This document shows, piece by piece, positions 27,575 through 41,006 of a stretch of 64,000 bases of DNA. The first letter of the stretch is position 1; every line of letters starts with the position of its first letter. The DNA lies in the NCBI RefSeq assembly GCF_001194135.2, contig NC_068984.1, positions 42,816,501-42,880,500 on the forward strand, given 5' to 3'. The translations under genes and the position numbers were made by a program. The DNA is from Octopus bimaculoides (lineage: Eukaryota). The notes below the pieces were generated by a model. The model was not told the origin of the DNA. It was given only the letters and a program-made list of their open reading frames with translations, and did no database searches.

Positions 27575-28125
27575 TATACACCAGAACATTCAACTACTAA
27601 CACAAGACCCAAGAATGAAACAAGCATTCGAAATACCCAAAATAATTCAAAAGTAGAAAACAATCAAAGTCTCTCAAAAAGTTCCCTACAAGTGTTACAT
27701 TACCTTCCGCAATTCCTGCACCAACAGTCAAAACGTGTGGCTGCCCCAATTGTGGAACTTGCATCATTCTTATTGAAGAAACAACATACAAATTCAAATC
27801 ATGATGTTTACCGTAAAGAATCACTTTACATGGTCTTCAAGGAATTCAATATACGCTATCAAATGTCAAGGATGTAATGAAAATTACACAAGCCAAACAA
27901 AGCTTACTCTAAAAAATAAAGTGACCATGCCCTGACAACAAATACCAGACGCTAATACTAGGCAGATGCCACTGAGTGAACACATAGAAATATGTAAAAA
28001 CAATATGTCCCCCTAATTTCAAGTTTTCACACTCTACCTATGTTCAGTGAATACCAGAGATGAATCACGAATAAACACAGAGAATATTTTCACTCAAAAG
28101 TACAACCCTAGACTTAGTAAACTTT
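27575..28125 (+). mobile_element. Penelope-like element remnant (GIY-YIG endonuclease)
   Basis: TVKTCGCPNCGTC...FTVKNHFTWSSRNSIYAIKCQGCNENYTSQTKLTL...QQI...RQMPLSEHIEIC...QKYNPRL is a decayed Penelope C-x-C, GIY-YIG and C-terminal region. Confidence 0.8.
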
Positions 28126-29461
28126 AACAGAATATATACACAAATAACTATTCACATTCTGCCATTTATCAGATAACAATCTAAACTTTAGTCACTGGAC
28201 TGCATACAAACATTTCTTTTCTACTCTTCCTCCAGACAGATCAAATTTAGAGTGTCTTGATTGCAACTAAAAATGTTCACTCAACCGTATCAGCCTTCAT
28301 TTCAGGCGCAAAATATACTGCCACGTGACACTAATGCACGGACGTAGCGGCAAACACACAGAAGGTTCTAAACTTAATCACGTGTTCACTTTCTACAAGC
28401 ACTCGATAGAAAACATCCAGAGCATTCATTGATTAGTACTACAAAACTTGTTCGGTCAATCGTGTCACCCTTAACTTACGACACTAAACATTGTCACTTG
28501 ATGCTAACTGCGGATGTAGTGGGGAACCTACAAACATTTCTAAGACTCGCCTCTATCAATCAATCCCTTTTCAAAACATATACTAATTTGAACCATGAAC
28601 TCCCTATAAAAATAGGACAAGCTTCAAACACTAGTCAGAAGCAAAACAGCTGCAGCACAAGCTACGTCTTTCCATTTTGAAATTTTTGAAAATCAGTGTA
28701 AGCTGTGAAACCGGTTAAATCTTTAAATATAATAATAAGAAATGTTTTGACTATCCTCAGTGTATTTACTACTTCTATTTTTCCTATATATATATATATA
28801 TTTGTCCAAATTCACGGAGTCGGTTCAAATGGGGAAGGGAGAGGAAAGAAAATAGTAATTCAGTGAAGGAGAAGTAGTGAGAGTAATAGCAATGACTGAG
28901 AGGGAGTGAGAGAAGGTAACAGCAATGAGAGAGAGGAAGTGGCAAAGGGAGCTTCGTGTATCTTCTATTATAAGGATTTACTATAATAACACTTTTGTGT
29001 ATTCCTCCGTCAAAACATATGAATGAAAAAGGAAGAAGTGATGCACCAGTAGATATGGGATGGCGAAAAGTCAACGGTGATACAAAAATCGAACAGTGCT
29101 TTAACTCTGTGTGAGTATATGTGTGTGCGTGTATGTATACTTGTGTAAAATATACATATATATATTTCAGTGAGTGTATATGTGTTTGTGCATGTTTATT
29201 TAGAAAGGTACATAGAAAATAGAATTAGAGACACGTGATTTTACACACACACACACTCACACACACACAGACACACTTAAACAGGAAGGAATCGGGCTGT
29301 GACAAAGTATAGAAAATCGCGTTCGCTACAGACTGTGGTATTCATTTATATAAATGTATACATATGCACACACGCACGCACGCACACACACACACAGTTG
29401 AAGCACTGTTTGACTTTTTTCACCATTTTGTACCCTTTTTATATATAATATACTACAATTA

Positions 29462-29493
29462 GCCGTAATTTTTTACGGCACGGTGTCAACTAG
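29462..29493 (+). mobile_element. Helitron-type 3' terminus (hairpin + CTAG|T) of a probable non-autonomous element
   Basis: GCCGTAA-tttt-TTACGGC hairpin 10 nt upstream of CTAG followed by T. The 5' end is not resolved (possibly the TA-rich tract near 28785). Confidence 0.5.
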
Positions 29494-29514
29494 TATATAT
29501 ATATATTTATATAT

Positions 29515-29737
29515 TCTTTCACTTGTTTGAGTCAATAAACAGCAGCAATGTTGAGGCACCACCTTGAAGAATTTTTAGTCGGACGAATTGGCGCCAGTAC
29601 TTATTTTTAAGCGTGGTACACATTTGAACGCACTTTTTTGCCGAACCGATAAGTTAAGTGGATATAAACACACCAAAACCGGTTGTCAAGAGGTGGTGGG
29701 CGACAAAACCCACATGCACACGCGCATACATACACAC

Positions 29738-29828
<91 letters not shown>

Positions 29829-29995
29829 GTATGTATATATATGAGGCTTTTATATCGCTTTCCGTCTACCAACTCCCCTCACTACACTTAGGTTGGCCTG
29901 CAGCTAACACTTGCCCAAGGTGTCATGCAGTGGGGCCGAACCCAGAAGGATGTGGTTCGGAAGCAAACTTGCTATCTCACAGCCACGGCTTTGCC
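29515..29995 (-). mobile_element. SINE family C with internal (CA)n
   Basis: Same head, body and tail as 7695-8283; the internal microsatellite is at about 29730-29825. Confidence 0.8.
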
Positions 29996-30321
29996 ACCTT
30001 AAAAACACCCAACTCACGCTGTAAAGTGGTTGATGTTAGGAAGGGTACCCATCCGTAGAAACTAGGCCAAATCAAACTGGATGCAGCTCTCCTCCTTTCC
30101 AGCTCTGATCAAACCGACGTTAAAGGATGATGATGCTGATGATAATGATTGTATGTATATATATATAAATATATATATATAGATAGATAGATATAGATAT
30201 ATATACATATATATATATATTAATAAATTATAGGGCAGCAAAACAATTTCTAGAAATTTTATTTGCCACCAGTGGTCTAGCGAGAATAAAAATCAGTCAA
30301 TAGACTATATATATATTATTA

Positions 30322-30411
30322 ATTTAAAATACAGAGATGCCTATAATAGGACTTTTGCTGCTCTTTCTAGCCGGTCAGATGTCCTATTATAGGCATCTCT
30401 GTATTTTAAAT
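30322..30411. repeat. Perfect 31-bp inverted repeat with 28-nt spacer (mini-MITE or hairpin)
   Basis: 30322-30352 atttaaaatacagagatgcctataataggac is the exact reverse complement of 30381-30411. Confidence 0.9.
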
Positions 30412-30416
30412 GAATA

Positions 30417-30468
<52 letters not shown>

Positions 30469-31110
30469 TTACGTATGTATGTATGTTATATGTATGTATT
30501 TATGTATGTATGCACGTACTTGTGTTTGTATGTATATACAAATATGCATATATACGAATGTACCTACTGCCGTATATACACATACGTATGCACGCACACA
30601 CAAACACACACACACACAAATACATACATATATTCTTTTATATTTCCCATGTTTTGCCCGGTAGGAATCGTTCCAGCTTTTGTCCTATAAGAAGCACTTC
30701 TGTTTTGTTTTAGTCTATTGCACGTCTATTTCTCAAATAGACATTTCATTATAACGAAATATTTCTGATTTATTCTCTTAATGGCTCGTCTTCGTTTTCG
30801 TTAAATATATATGTGTGTGTGTGTGTGTGTGTGNNNNNNNNNNTATTTTATGTTTCTTTCATTTTGTTTTACTTTCTTTTCGTATTGTTTCAGGTATTTT
30901 TACTTCATTTTGTTGGCTGTTGTTCTCCTTTGATTTTGTTATTTCTATGCCGTTTTCTTTTTTGTTTTGAGTATTTTGGGTGTTTTTCTTATGCTAAGTT
31001 TTGCATGATCATACTGGCTTCTCTGTGTTTTTTTCTTGCTGGGAGGAACCTTTTATGTACATACATACACGTATATACATACATACATACATACATACAT
31101 ACGTACATAC

Positions 31111-31180
<70 letters not shown>

Positions 31181-31229
31181 CGAGACAGAGAGAGAGAGAG
31201 AGAGAGAGAGGGGAAGAAAGAGACATACG

Positions 31230-31268
<39 letters not shown>

Positions 31269-32314
31269 CGTTTATATGTATGTACGCATGTGTATATATA
31301 TAATATACTTAATTTTTTTTCTTTGTTTTCTACGCTACTTCCTTCCTGTGCAAGTTGCACTGTATTTATCAATGTCACTCACTCATAGAGAACATGTGTG
31401 CGTGTATGTATGTATGTATGTATGTATGCATGTATGTATGTATATATGTAGTTGTTTCAGTAAGACTCAAAATTCATAATTATGTGCGCGAGAAGGAAAT
31501 GAACAGAATTCCCAAGAAATGCCTTATTTTGAAAATCAATTTGTGAAGAAACGGATTTCTTTCATTATTAGAATACCCTCACACTTTGTCATCGTTGGCT
31601 ACTCGTCTGATCAAAAGTGTTTAGAAGACATCAGTTGACTTTAAGTTACATGAGAAAAATTAACATGGTATGTCTTATTTGTGGGATATTTTTATCGTCT
31701 GTAGAAGACAAAGTTATCTTTTCAGGGTCGCATTCCACTGGTCAGGCGCTTCTTTTACTGTGAACAGCCACTGAATAGAGGACTGGGCATGCCGTGGCTG
31801 CTGATGCGCAGGGAGACTGTTACCTAGAGTGTCCTCAAGCGCTATCAGTCGGGCAATGCTGTCAGTGGAAGTTCCATTCAAGCGTTCTATAGAGGGTTAG
31901 TAGGGAGTAAGTGCGACGACTTTCTCGAGGAGATTCTGTCGGGCCAGAGCCTATGGATAATTTCCAGAAATCTTTAGCCTGGCAGTGCAACCGAAGATGG
32001 GGGAAATTGTTGGCTCTCTTCACTAGCATGAAGTTTTGTGTTTGTGAGGTTAGTTGTAGCTATTGCAGGTGTTTTCTTGCAGTGGGTAGATGCGGTTGTG
32101 ATAACGGTGGATGTGATGGCGATTGTAGTGCTGCTGTGGTTGGTGTTGCTGTAGGTGCGTCTGTGATTGTTGTGGGTGTGCTTTCTACCTCAATGTGGAT
32201 GGCGATGTTATCCCGTAAATTTTTGAGGTTGATTAGTTAGGCCGCTTGAGTCAGACATATGTCATTTTGTAGGATATTCATAAGATACAATTTAGCGCCT
32301 TTACAAACCTTTAG

Positions 32315-32452
32315 AATCCACTCACAAGGCTTTGGTTGGCCTGAACCTATAGTTGAAAACACTCACTCGCCCAAGGTGCCATGCAGTGGGACTGAACCTG
32401 GAACCATGTGACTGGGAAGTAAGCTTCTTACCACACAGCCACGCCTGCGCTT
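32315..32452 (-). mobile_element. SINE family C 5' portion
   Basis: ccacacagccacgcctgcgc head and cccaaggtgccatgcagtgggactgaacc. Confidence 0.85.
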
Positions 32453-32984
32453 ATTCTTACTACACGCGCGCATGCATGCGAAGTGTAGCTGTGTGATTAA
32501 GACGTTCGCTTCGCAACCGCATGTTCTCAGGTTCAGTACCAGTGGGCAAGCATCTGCTATGTCTTCTAAGCATCCAATAGCTTGTGAGTGGAATTGGTTA
32601 ACGGAAACTGTGCGATGTTATGTGAGTGTGTGTGTATCGACAAGTACCAGACAAAGCGCTTCAAGACATTACATAGACTGAAAAGGGGAAAGGACACGGA
32701 GAAAGAGAGAGTGAGAGACAGAGAGAGATCGGTATGTTTAAGTAGATAGCCACACAATACTAGTATAACTTCAACTCGCTTCATTTAATTTAATTTGGAA
32801 GAATCAACCAGTCATCCTCATAATGGTCATCTGATGTGCTAAAAATAACAGCCAAATAACATCGATTCCACATTCCGTTGTATAACACGATCTTTATTGG
32901 AAACAAAATAAAATATGGAATTCACGATTGAAATAATTGTTGATATAATAATGTCTGCCAAATCATAACTTGAAGAACAAGGCC

Positions 32985-33410
32985 CGAAACTTTGCGGGAG
33001 GGGAGCCACTCCATTAGATCAACCCCAGTACGCAACTGGCACTTAATTTATCGACCCCGGAAAGATGAAAGGCAAAGTCGACCTCGACGGAATTTGGACT
33101 TAGAACATAAAGACAGACGAAATACCGCTAAGCATTTCGCCCGGCGTGCTAACGTTTCTGCCAACTCACCGCCTTTGAGGTTGGAAATATTATTGCCATT
33201 TAAGGCGGCGAGCAGGCAGAAACTTTAGCACGCCGGGCGAAATGTTTAGCGAGTTTTCGTCTGTCTACGTTCTGAGTTCAAATTCCGCCGAGGTAGACTT
33301 TGCTTTTCATCCTTTTGGGGTCGATAAATTAAGAACCAGTGGCGTACTGGGACCGATCTAATCGACTGGCCCCCTGCCCCAAAATTTCGGGCCTTGTGCC
33401 TAGAGTACAA
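32985..33410. mobile_element. Head-to-head pair of SINE family B copies (minus 32985-33176; plus 33203-33410)
   Basis: Both match the consensus in opposite orientations with a spacer of about 27 nt. Confidence 0.9.
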
Positions 33411-33538
33411 AATAATATTATTGCCATTTGTGTTGCCGAGGCTACTGCTGTTTTGTTTTTGCCTTTTATCATAATTTTTGTTGTTGCAGTGGTGGTGCCT
33501 GAGTTGTTTGCCCCCCCCCCTCCCATGAAAGTGACAAT

Positions 33539-33779
33539 CTACTGATTGTCACTTTCGGGGTGGGGAGGGTCAAATTCATAACCAGAATTAATATCCTGTG
33601 CCGTGTTGTTAATTTTGTTGTGGCTGCTGCTGCTTGTCGTCACAATTGTAATGTGGTCCTCTGGACTTCGAACTTGGTGAGTGCTCATCTCCCCTTTCAT
33701 TTGAGTGTTGAAGGTGAAGGACTCTGACGTGTATTGTAACTCACTATCAGAGCTGCCTCTAACTGTCTCCTCCATAAAT
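33539..33779 (-). CDS. Candidate coding exon, S/T/N-rich, unknown product
   Basis: A 78-aa non-microsatellite ORF (MEETVRGSSDSELQY...YEFDPPHPESDNQ*) preceded by the possible acceptor ccctattcag. No homology recognised. Confidence 0.25.
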
Positions 33780-34084
33780 CTGAATAGGGTGTTCTTTACC
33801 TTTTTTTTAATTAGCTTTTCCGAAAAAAATGAAAAATTTCTTTACAAATTTGAGCACCCAGTGTTACAAAGAAACAAAACCAACCGGATCTTTGCAATTC
33901 TGATGGTTTCAGCAAAACTTTTATAAGAAAATTAAACAATTAACAACTTTTGGAGACACAAACAGAGATACTTACGAGCGATACGACACGCGTCCAGCCA
34001 ATACAAAAGTAAGAACTTGTAACTATCTCATCAATTTAATAATTAGATGTTATGATTATATAAAATGTATACTATAGGCATAAG

Positions 34085-34260
34085 GTCTGAAATTTGGTGG
34101 GAAGGGTACATCGACCCTAGTTCTGCTACTTATTTTATCGACCCGAAAGAATGAAAGGCAAAGTTGAGCTCGGAGGAATTTGAACGCAAGACGTAAAAAC
34201 GGACGAAATGCCGCTAAGCATTTTGTCCGACACGCTAACGATTCTGTCGGCTCGTCACCT
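34085..34260 (-). mobile_element. SINE family B
   Basis: Consensus match on the reverse strand. Confidence 0.85.
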
Positions 34261-34414
34261 TTAACATCATTCATGATATTAACTAGTTTTTGACTACGCT
34301 CACTTTCATCACTGATAGGGAAAGTTTGTTGTTGGTTTATACTCAACTCTAACTGAATATATTTCCTTGGCATCTGAGAATGAAAGAAAAGGCACATTCG
34401 GTATCATTTAATTT

Positions 34415-34685
34415 AGAAAACAGTGCTGCCAAAGTGCCTTGAAGAATTTTAGTCGAACCAATTGACCTCCAGTGCTTATTTTCTTTTTAAAACTGGTACT
34501 TATTCTCTCGATATCTTTTGCTGAATCGGGGAAGTAAACACACCGATACCAGTTGTCAAGCGATGGTGAGGAACAAACATATACACAAAGACACTCACAC
34601 ATGCCCAATGTATCACGGAGTGAGACTGAACCTGGAACCATGTGATTGAGAAGCAGACTTCTTACCACATGGCCACGCCTGCTAA
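34415..34685 (-). mobile_element. SINE family C, internally deleted
   Basis: Head (ccacatggccacgcctg) joined to the 3' part (gttgtcaagcgatggtg..., gtcgaaccaattgacc). Confidence 0.75.
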
Positions 34686-35290
34686 TTTTAACATGTTCCT
34701 GGTTATTAATAATTAATGCTACTCTACTTGTTTATCAGGAACGAAAGTAAAAATATAACGAAATGTAGCTGAATATTTAGCAGGTTTTTCATCAACAGAA
34801 CTATACTGAATGTAAATTAATGTAACTGAAACCATCTTGAGAATGAAAATGGCATAAATTAAGTTGGTTTCAAGAACGAAATAAAATAATGATTAATTGT
34901 TGAATGTGTGTGCGTGTGTGTATGTGTGTGTATGTGTGTGCATGCGCATGTGTATACGTATGTGTGCATGTCTGTGAGTGTGAGTGCGTGACATCAGGGA
35001 GGGAGTAGCAAATCGTTGACATTCAGAAAACTGTGCTAATTATAAATCATATAACTAAGCAGATCAACAACTCAAGGGGGGCCGCGATTTGGTAAAGTCG
35101 TTAGAACATGGAGTAAAATGACTCACGGCATATGTTTCTGTCCTCTTAGCTCAAATCCCGCCGACTTCAACCTTGTCATATTCATCCGGATCGCTAAAAT
35201 ATCGGATGTCTTTCCCTAATCTCTCTTTCTCTCTTTCTTTCCCTACCTCATTATCTCTCTCTCTCTTTCTATTTCTCTCTCTGTCCCACG

Positions 35291-35389
<99 letters not shown>

Positions 35390-37114
35390 TCTTTCAATTG
35401 GCATCGTGATCTAATAATCCTTTGAGCAACATTGTGGATTCGCTAAAAAAAGTAAAGAATTATAAGCAAAAGAATATTTGAGGAGATAAAAGGAGTGAAA
35501 CTGTGTGACATTTAAGACTTTCTCGACAGTAACACTACCGTAGCACCTGCTTCCATAGTTTTTCCTTGGTACGTGTGTTTCGTGTCGAGTGCCTTACAGT
35601 AGATAAGAGCATTGAGCGACATGTTTCTACAACCCGATTCCGATTCTTAGACGAAAGTATTCCGCTTCACTTCAGTCGTACCCAAGACATTGAAGGAACC
35701 AAGTATACAGAGAGCTGGGCAATCAAATAAAAACAAGAACTGTATATCGATTTGATGTAAACTTTGGAATTTCAGCAGAATCGACAAAAACATTCTTCAA
35801 GTATAATGGTAATTTTTCTTCTTATCTCATACTAATCTAAATCTTACGTTTTATTTATTTATTTTTTTCTGAACCGATTCATGGTGATTCATATCATCTT
35901 AAACCTACCAATTCGTCTCCTTTAACCTAGCTGTAAATACTTACACAGTGTACCGACGTTTACAGATGTTATGAAGACACATAAATGGTACCAAAGAATG
36001 TATAGTCTACACAAACATATGTAACTAACATGTTGTTAAACGCTTGCTTAACCCTCTTATGGGCCTAAATTCTAACAGATCCGTTCATATTATAGCCATA
36101 TATTAATTAAAGTAGATTGATCATCAGTATTATTGGCAAAGGCAAAAATGACACAAGATCCGATAACTTTGCCTCTGTAAACCTTCAGTAATGAGTCGAA
36201 ATAAGAAATACAAAAAAAATAGATGCGTAGAAGTTACGGTTGTTGTGCAATAACAGTTGTTGATATCTAGTAAGTTATTTTTATATGCATTATTTAAAAT
36301 AAGGTTAGCTTTATTGAACTAACAGTGGGGTTTAGAGGTGAGTGTGGGTGCAAAGCTGGACTGATGAAATATTTTTGTGTCGAGTCAGTTACCAAATGGA
36401 TTCTATTACAGTGTGCACTGGGTGAAAGAACCAGTTAAGGCACGCTGAATCTTGTAGACATCTCTTTATCTTTGCTATTCGTCTTATCTAATTATTGTTG
36501 TAAGTTCATTAACGTTCACACGTGATACTAGTGGCATTAGGTAAGGTTTTTGTTATAAATAGCTCGAGTTACTCAGAAATTTATGCTACATACATTTCCG
36601 GCACTATAGAACTTATAAAAGTATCTGTCTGCTTAACATAGACTTTAGCTGAGGTAATTTTCAGGCATATTTTCACATATACGGTATCGTGCACCTATAT
36701 ACTTGAAATATTCTAAGGATATCGGGTACAGAATCAGACCTGATTAAATTGATATTGGAGAATGAGACCAGAAAGTATTTTAGATACCAAAACTAATTCT
36801 GATTTACGGTGCATTGGAGTCAAACAGTATTTTAAGGGTGCCCATGCACCGAAGGTTGATATTTGCTATATTTTTGTGAGATTTTCTATAGAATTAGCAT
36901 CATTATAATCATCTTATCAACAGTGGAATTAATATTTACTTTACCGTTTTCCAGTATATCAAGAAAATTTGAGCTCTTTCATTTGAAATGTTGACCGAAG
37001 AATCTCAATAACAGATCTAAACCGACTTAAAATATTCCTATTAAATAATGTAGGCAGTTGAACAATAGTTGTCAATGTTGGCATAAATCAACAATAATAT
37101 TCTCTTCTTCTCTA

Positions 37115-37232
37115 GACACAAGACCCGAAACTTTTGGGGAGGGGGCTAGTCGATTAGATCGACCTCAATACGCAACTGGTACTTAATTTATCGACTCAGA
37201 AAGGATGAAAGGCAAAGTCTACCTCGGTGGAA
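37115..37232 (-). mobile_element. SINE family B 3' part
   Basis: cacaagacccgaaacttttgggg...ctggtacttaatttatcgac...gaaaggcaaagtc. Confidence 0.8.
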
Positions 37233-37689
37233 AATCATCAATAACATTAACTGTATGTTATAGAAAGAATCAATCACAATTTTATTACCTACAGCTAACA
37301 ATAATGTTGACTGTATTTAATAGAAAGAATTAATCATAAATTTATTAACTCGATAGATAATTGTATGGATCAAAGAGCAATGAGATGACAAGAATTTTTA
37401 AAGTATAATATAACTTGCTTACTTTTACTGTGTACTCTAATTCTAAATTTTAAGGCAAGGCAATATGGTACGCGTGATGCTCGTGCTTTTCACAAAGTGC
37501 GCTAAAGACATAAGGTAAGTAAATTGGTTTGAAAAGAAGGATGAAATTGTTTCAAGGATTCAGTTTTTCAGGAGGTAACTTTTGACCTCCTGAAAATACA
37601 CCTACTCTATAGCCTGAGGTTTCTTAGTTGTATTATAGTATTAAATGTTCTTTTCTTTCTTATCAATATCAATATAAGTGATGTAAAAA

Positions 37690-37905
37690 AGGCGGCGAGC
37701 TGGCAGAAGCGCTACTGTGCCGAACAAAATGTTTAGCAACATTTCGTCCGTCTTTATGATTTGAGTTCAAATTCTGCCAAGGTTGACTTTGACTTTCATC
37801 CTTTTGGAGTCAATAAAAATAAGTATCAATTGAGCACTAGGGTCAATGTAATCGACTTATCTTTTCCCCCGAACTTGCTGACTTTGTGTCAAAATTTGAA
37901 ACGAA
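37690..37905 (+). mobile_element. SINE family B
   Basis: aaggcggcgagctggcagaa head through the aaaatttgaaac tail. Confidence 0.85.
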
Positions 37906-39121
37906 TATTAGTGATGTAAAGGGACAAAGAAATTCGAACAAGTTTCACGCAAAAATCTCCAGAAGCTTACATTAGCATTACAGGACTCAGTTTATGATGA
38001 ATAAATACCAACTTCTCACTGAATTGCTATAGCAGGATTTATAGTTGAGTAAGTCAAACTTATATATTACACATAATTACCGTATTGACGTAGGAGAGAT
38101 GAAAAGCAAAGTTGCTCTGGCTAAATTTCAACTCAGAATGTATTCCACAAACCGAAATTGTTTATATTATTTAGTTTGCCAGTCTATTCTCAGTCATGTC
38201 CCTACCACCCTTTGGTAAATAAATATTGTTTTCTTATATTAGTACAAAACAAAAAGATACAGAATTGAGATGTATTCAATTAAATCTACTCTCTAGTGTA
38301 CGATCAAACTGTTCAGACTCTATAGAATCGCTAAAGCTAGTAGAATTTTCAACCAAATTTCTTTCAAATCACACCTTACCTTCAAATCACACATTACCAA
38401 GGACACATTTCAGGCATTATCTCTAAATACACAGGAAAGTCACAGCTGGTATTACTTTAATCAAATCTGATGGACATAGGAATAAACACCTAGAACCACA
38501 ACTAGTCCAGCTTAGCCATTCGGAAGGAATATAATGTAAAAGTGATTTGACGGTGATTTGAACACCACAAATGCGGAGGCTGTGGGGCGTAAATGTGTCT
38601 GCCAATCACCATGCATATAACAAATGTAACATGGAAGCAAGGCCAAAAACGAATATTGCAAGAGGCCTGAAAGGGGTCAGTATGAGATTTTCCATCTGCA
38701 GGAACAATAATACTGCCGCATTTGCATAGGGATGGATTATGTAAAGCTGATAATAAGGTGTAGGACAAATGATAATAGGACAAATGATAATAGGACAAAA
38801 AACAAAATGCTTCTTCAGTTGCGTACGTTATTATTTTCTCATTGGATCTTCAAGAAAATATTTTTTTAACTAGCTTGCTATACATATGTGTGCATGTAGG
38901 TATATATGTATACATATATATATATATAATTGTGTGCGTGCGCGCGTGTGCGTGTGTGTGTACGGACGTATGTATGTATGTGTGTGTATGTATGCGCGCT
39001 GGGTGTGTAGATGCATAGATAGATATGGATACAAAACAAGCAAGCATACAACTGTAGACAGTTAATTAGATGTATATAGGCAGAGATGTGTATATGTATA
39101 TGCATGAATACTATCATATAC

Positions 39122-39171
<50 letters not shown>

Positions 39172-39502
39172 GTATGTTATATGGGTGTTTGTTTCATATT
39201 TTGCATGTTTATATTTATCTTTCCAACTGTTTGTGGATGTATGTGTATACACAGACACACACACACACACACACGCACACACACAAGCAAACACACATAC
39301 ACACACATAAATATGCATGCATACGCTTTCATACACATTATTGCTTTTCTGTTAGAACTAAGTAATCAGATATGTATCATTTTTTGTTTTCCTTTTCAGT
39401 ATGTGATGCTTAAAAAATCTGGTATTTGTCGAGCAAGCTTCCTAGACAAACCACTTAAAGGATTTTTAGGCCAATAGCCAAAGACTATGTTGATGCTGTT
39501 AA

Positions 39503-39581
<79 letters not shown>

Positions 39582-39625
39582 GTTATTATTATTGTTGTTA
39601 TTATTATTGTTATCATTATTATTCT
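39503..39625. repeat. (TTA)n/(TTG)n microsatellite
   Basis: Directly visible. Confidence 0.95.
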
Positions 39626-40184
39626 TGTTGATGCTGTTCTCGCTGTTATTGTTGTATAATTATTGATGTTGTTAGCGTTATATTATTATTTGTTGATTTG
39701 ATTAAAAATAATGGTAAGCACAAGGTCACAATATTCTGAAAGAGATATAGCATATTTAATCAACTCTAGCACTCGACTGATACTTAATTTACTGGCTCCG
39801 CCAGGATCAGAGTGCAGAAATGAAAAGATGTAGCACAAACAAAAGATAAGTACCAATTCAGTAAAATCAACTGTACGTTCCCTCAATATTACTTTTTACC
39901 TTCCCGAGGTCAGTAAAATAAAGTATCATTCAAATATTAGAAATTATGTAAGAGTCTGTTCTTTCCAGCCAATTTCTAACCGTGTCCATTTATATGAAAT
40001 TGCGATTCACAGAGTCATTAAGAATCGTATAAAATATCTCCTGTGTTAAAATCCCACCGAGGCGACTAAATGAAGTACCAATCAAGTATTGGAATTGGTT
40101 TCAGTGATTAACACCTTCTTCGACAAAATTTATAACCTTGTGCTTATAATAGAGACTAATATTATTATTAATGTTGTTGTTGAG

Positions 40185-40390
40185 GCATCGAGCTGACCGA
40201 ATCGTTTGCACGCCTGACAAAATGCTTAGCACAATTTCTCCCAGCCTTACGTTCAAATTCTGCCGAAGTCGACTTCTCCTTCTCGCTCTTTGGGAGTCGA
40301 TAACACAAGTAACAATTGAGTATTGGGGTCGATGTAATTCACTGGCCCCATCCCTCCAAAATTTCAGGTCTTGTACCTATAATAGAAAGG
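40185..40390 (+). mobile_element. SINE family B
   Basis: Consensus match. Confidence 0.8.
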
Positions 40391-40568
40391 TTTATTATTA
40401 GTATTGTTATTGTTGTTGTTCTTTGCTTGTGTGCTGAGGTTTGTACTGGAACACAAGAAAGAGATGGATTACCACGTTTTACTTCATACATACATACATA
40501 CATACATACATACGTACATATGTACATACATACATTCATACATACATACATACATATATATGTTGTTT

Positions 40569-40948
40569 TTGGCACTCCGTCGCTTACGACGTCGAGGATT
40601 CCAGTTGATCCAATCAATGGAACAGCCTGCTCGTGAAATTAACGTGCAAATGGCTGAGCACTCCACATACACGTGTACCCTTAACGTAGTTCTCGGGGAT
40701 ATTCAGCGTGACACAGTGTGACAAGGCTGGCCCTTTGAAATACAGGTACAACAGAAACAGAATGAAAGAGTGAGAGAAAGTTGTGGTGAAAGAGTACAGC
40801 AGGGTTCGCCACCATCCCCTGCCGGAGCCTCGTGGAGCTTTAGGTGTTTTCGCTCAATAAACACTCACAATGGCCGATCTGGGAATCGAAACCGCGATCC
40901 TATGACCACAAGTCCACTGCCCTAACCACTGGGCCATTGCGCCTCCAC
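40569..40948 (-). mobile_element. tRNA-derived SINE family A, full length
   Basis: A and B boxes in the head; 3' end ...cgacggagtgccaa; near-identical to 12260-12604. Confidence 0.9.
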
Positions 40949-40975
40949 ACATACATACATACATACATACATACA

Positions 40976-41006
<31 letters not shown>

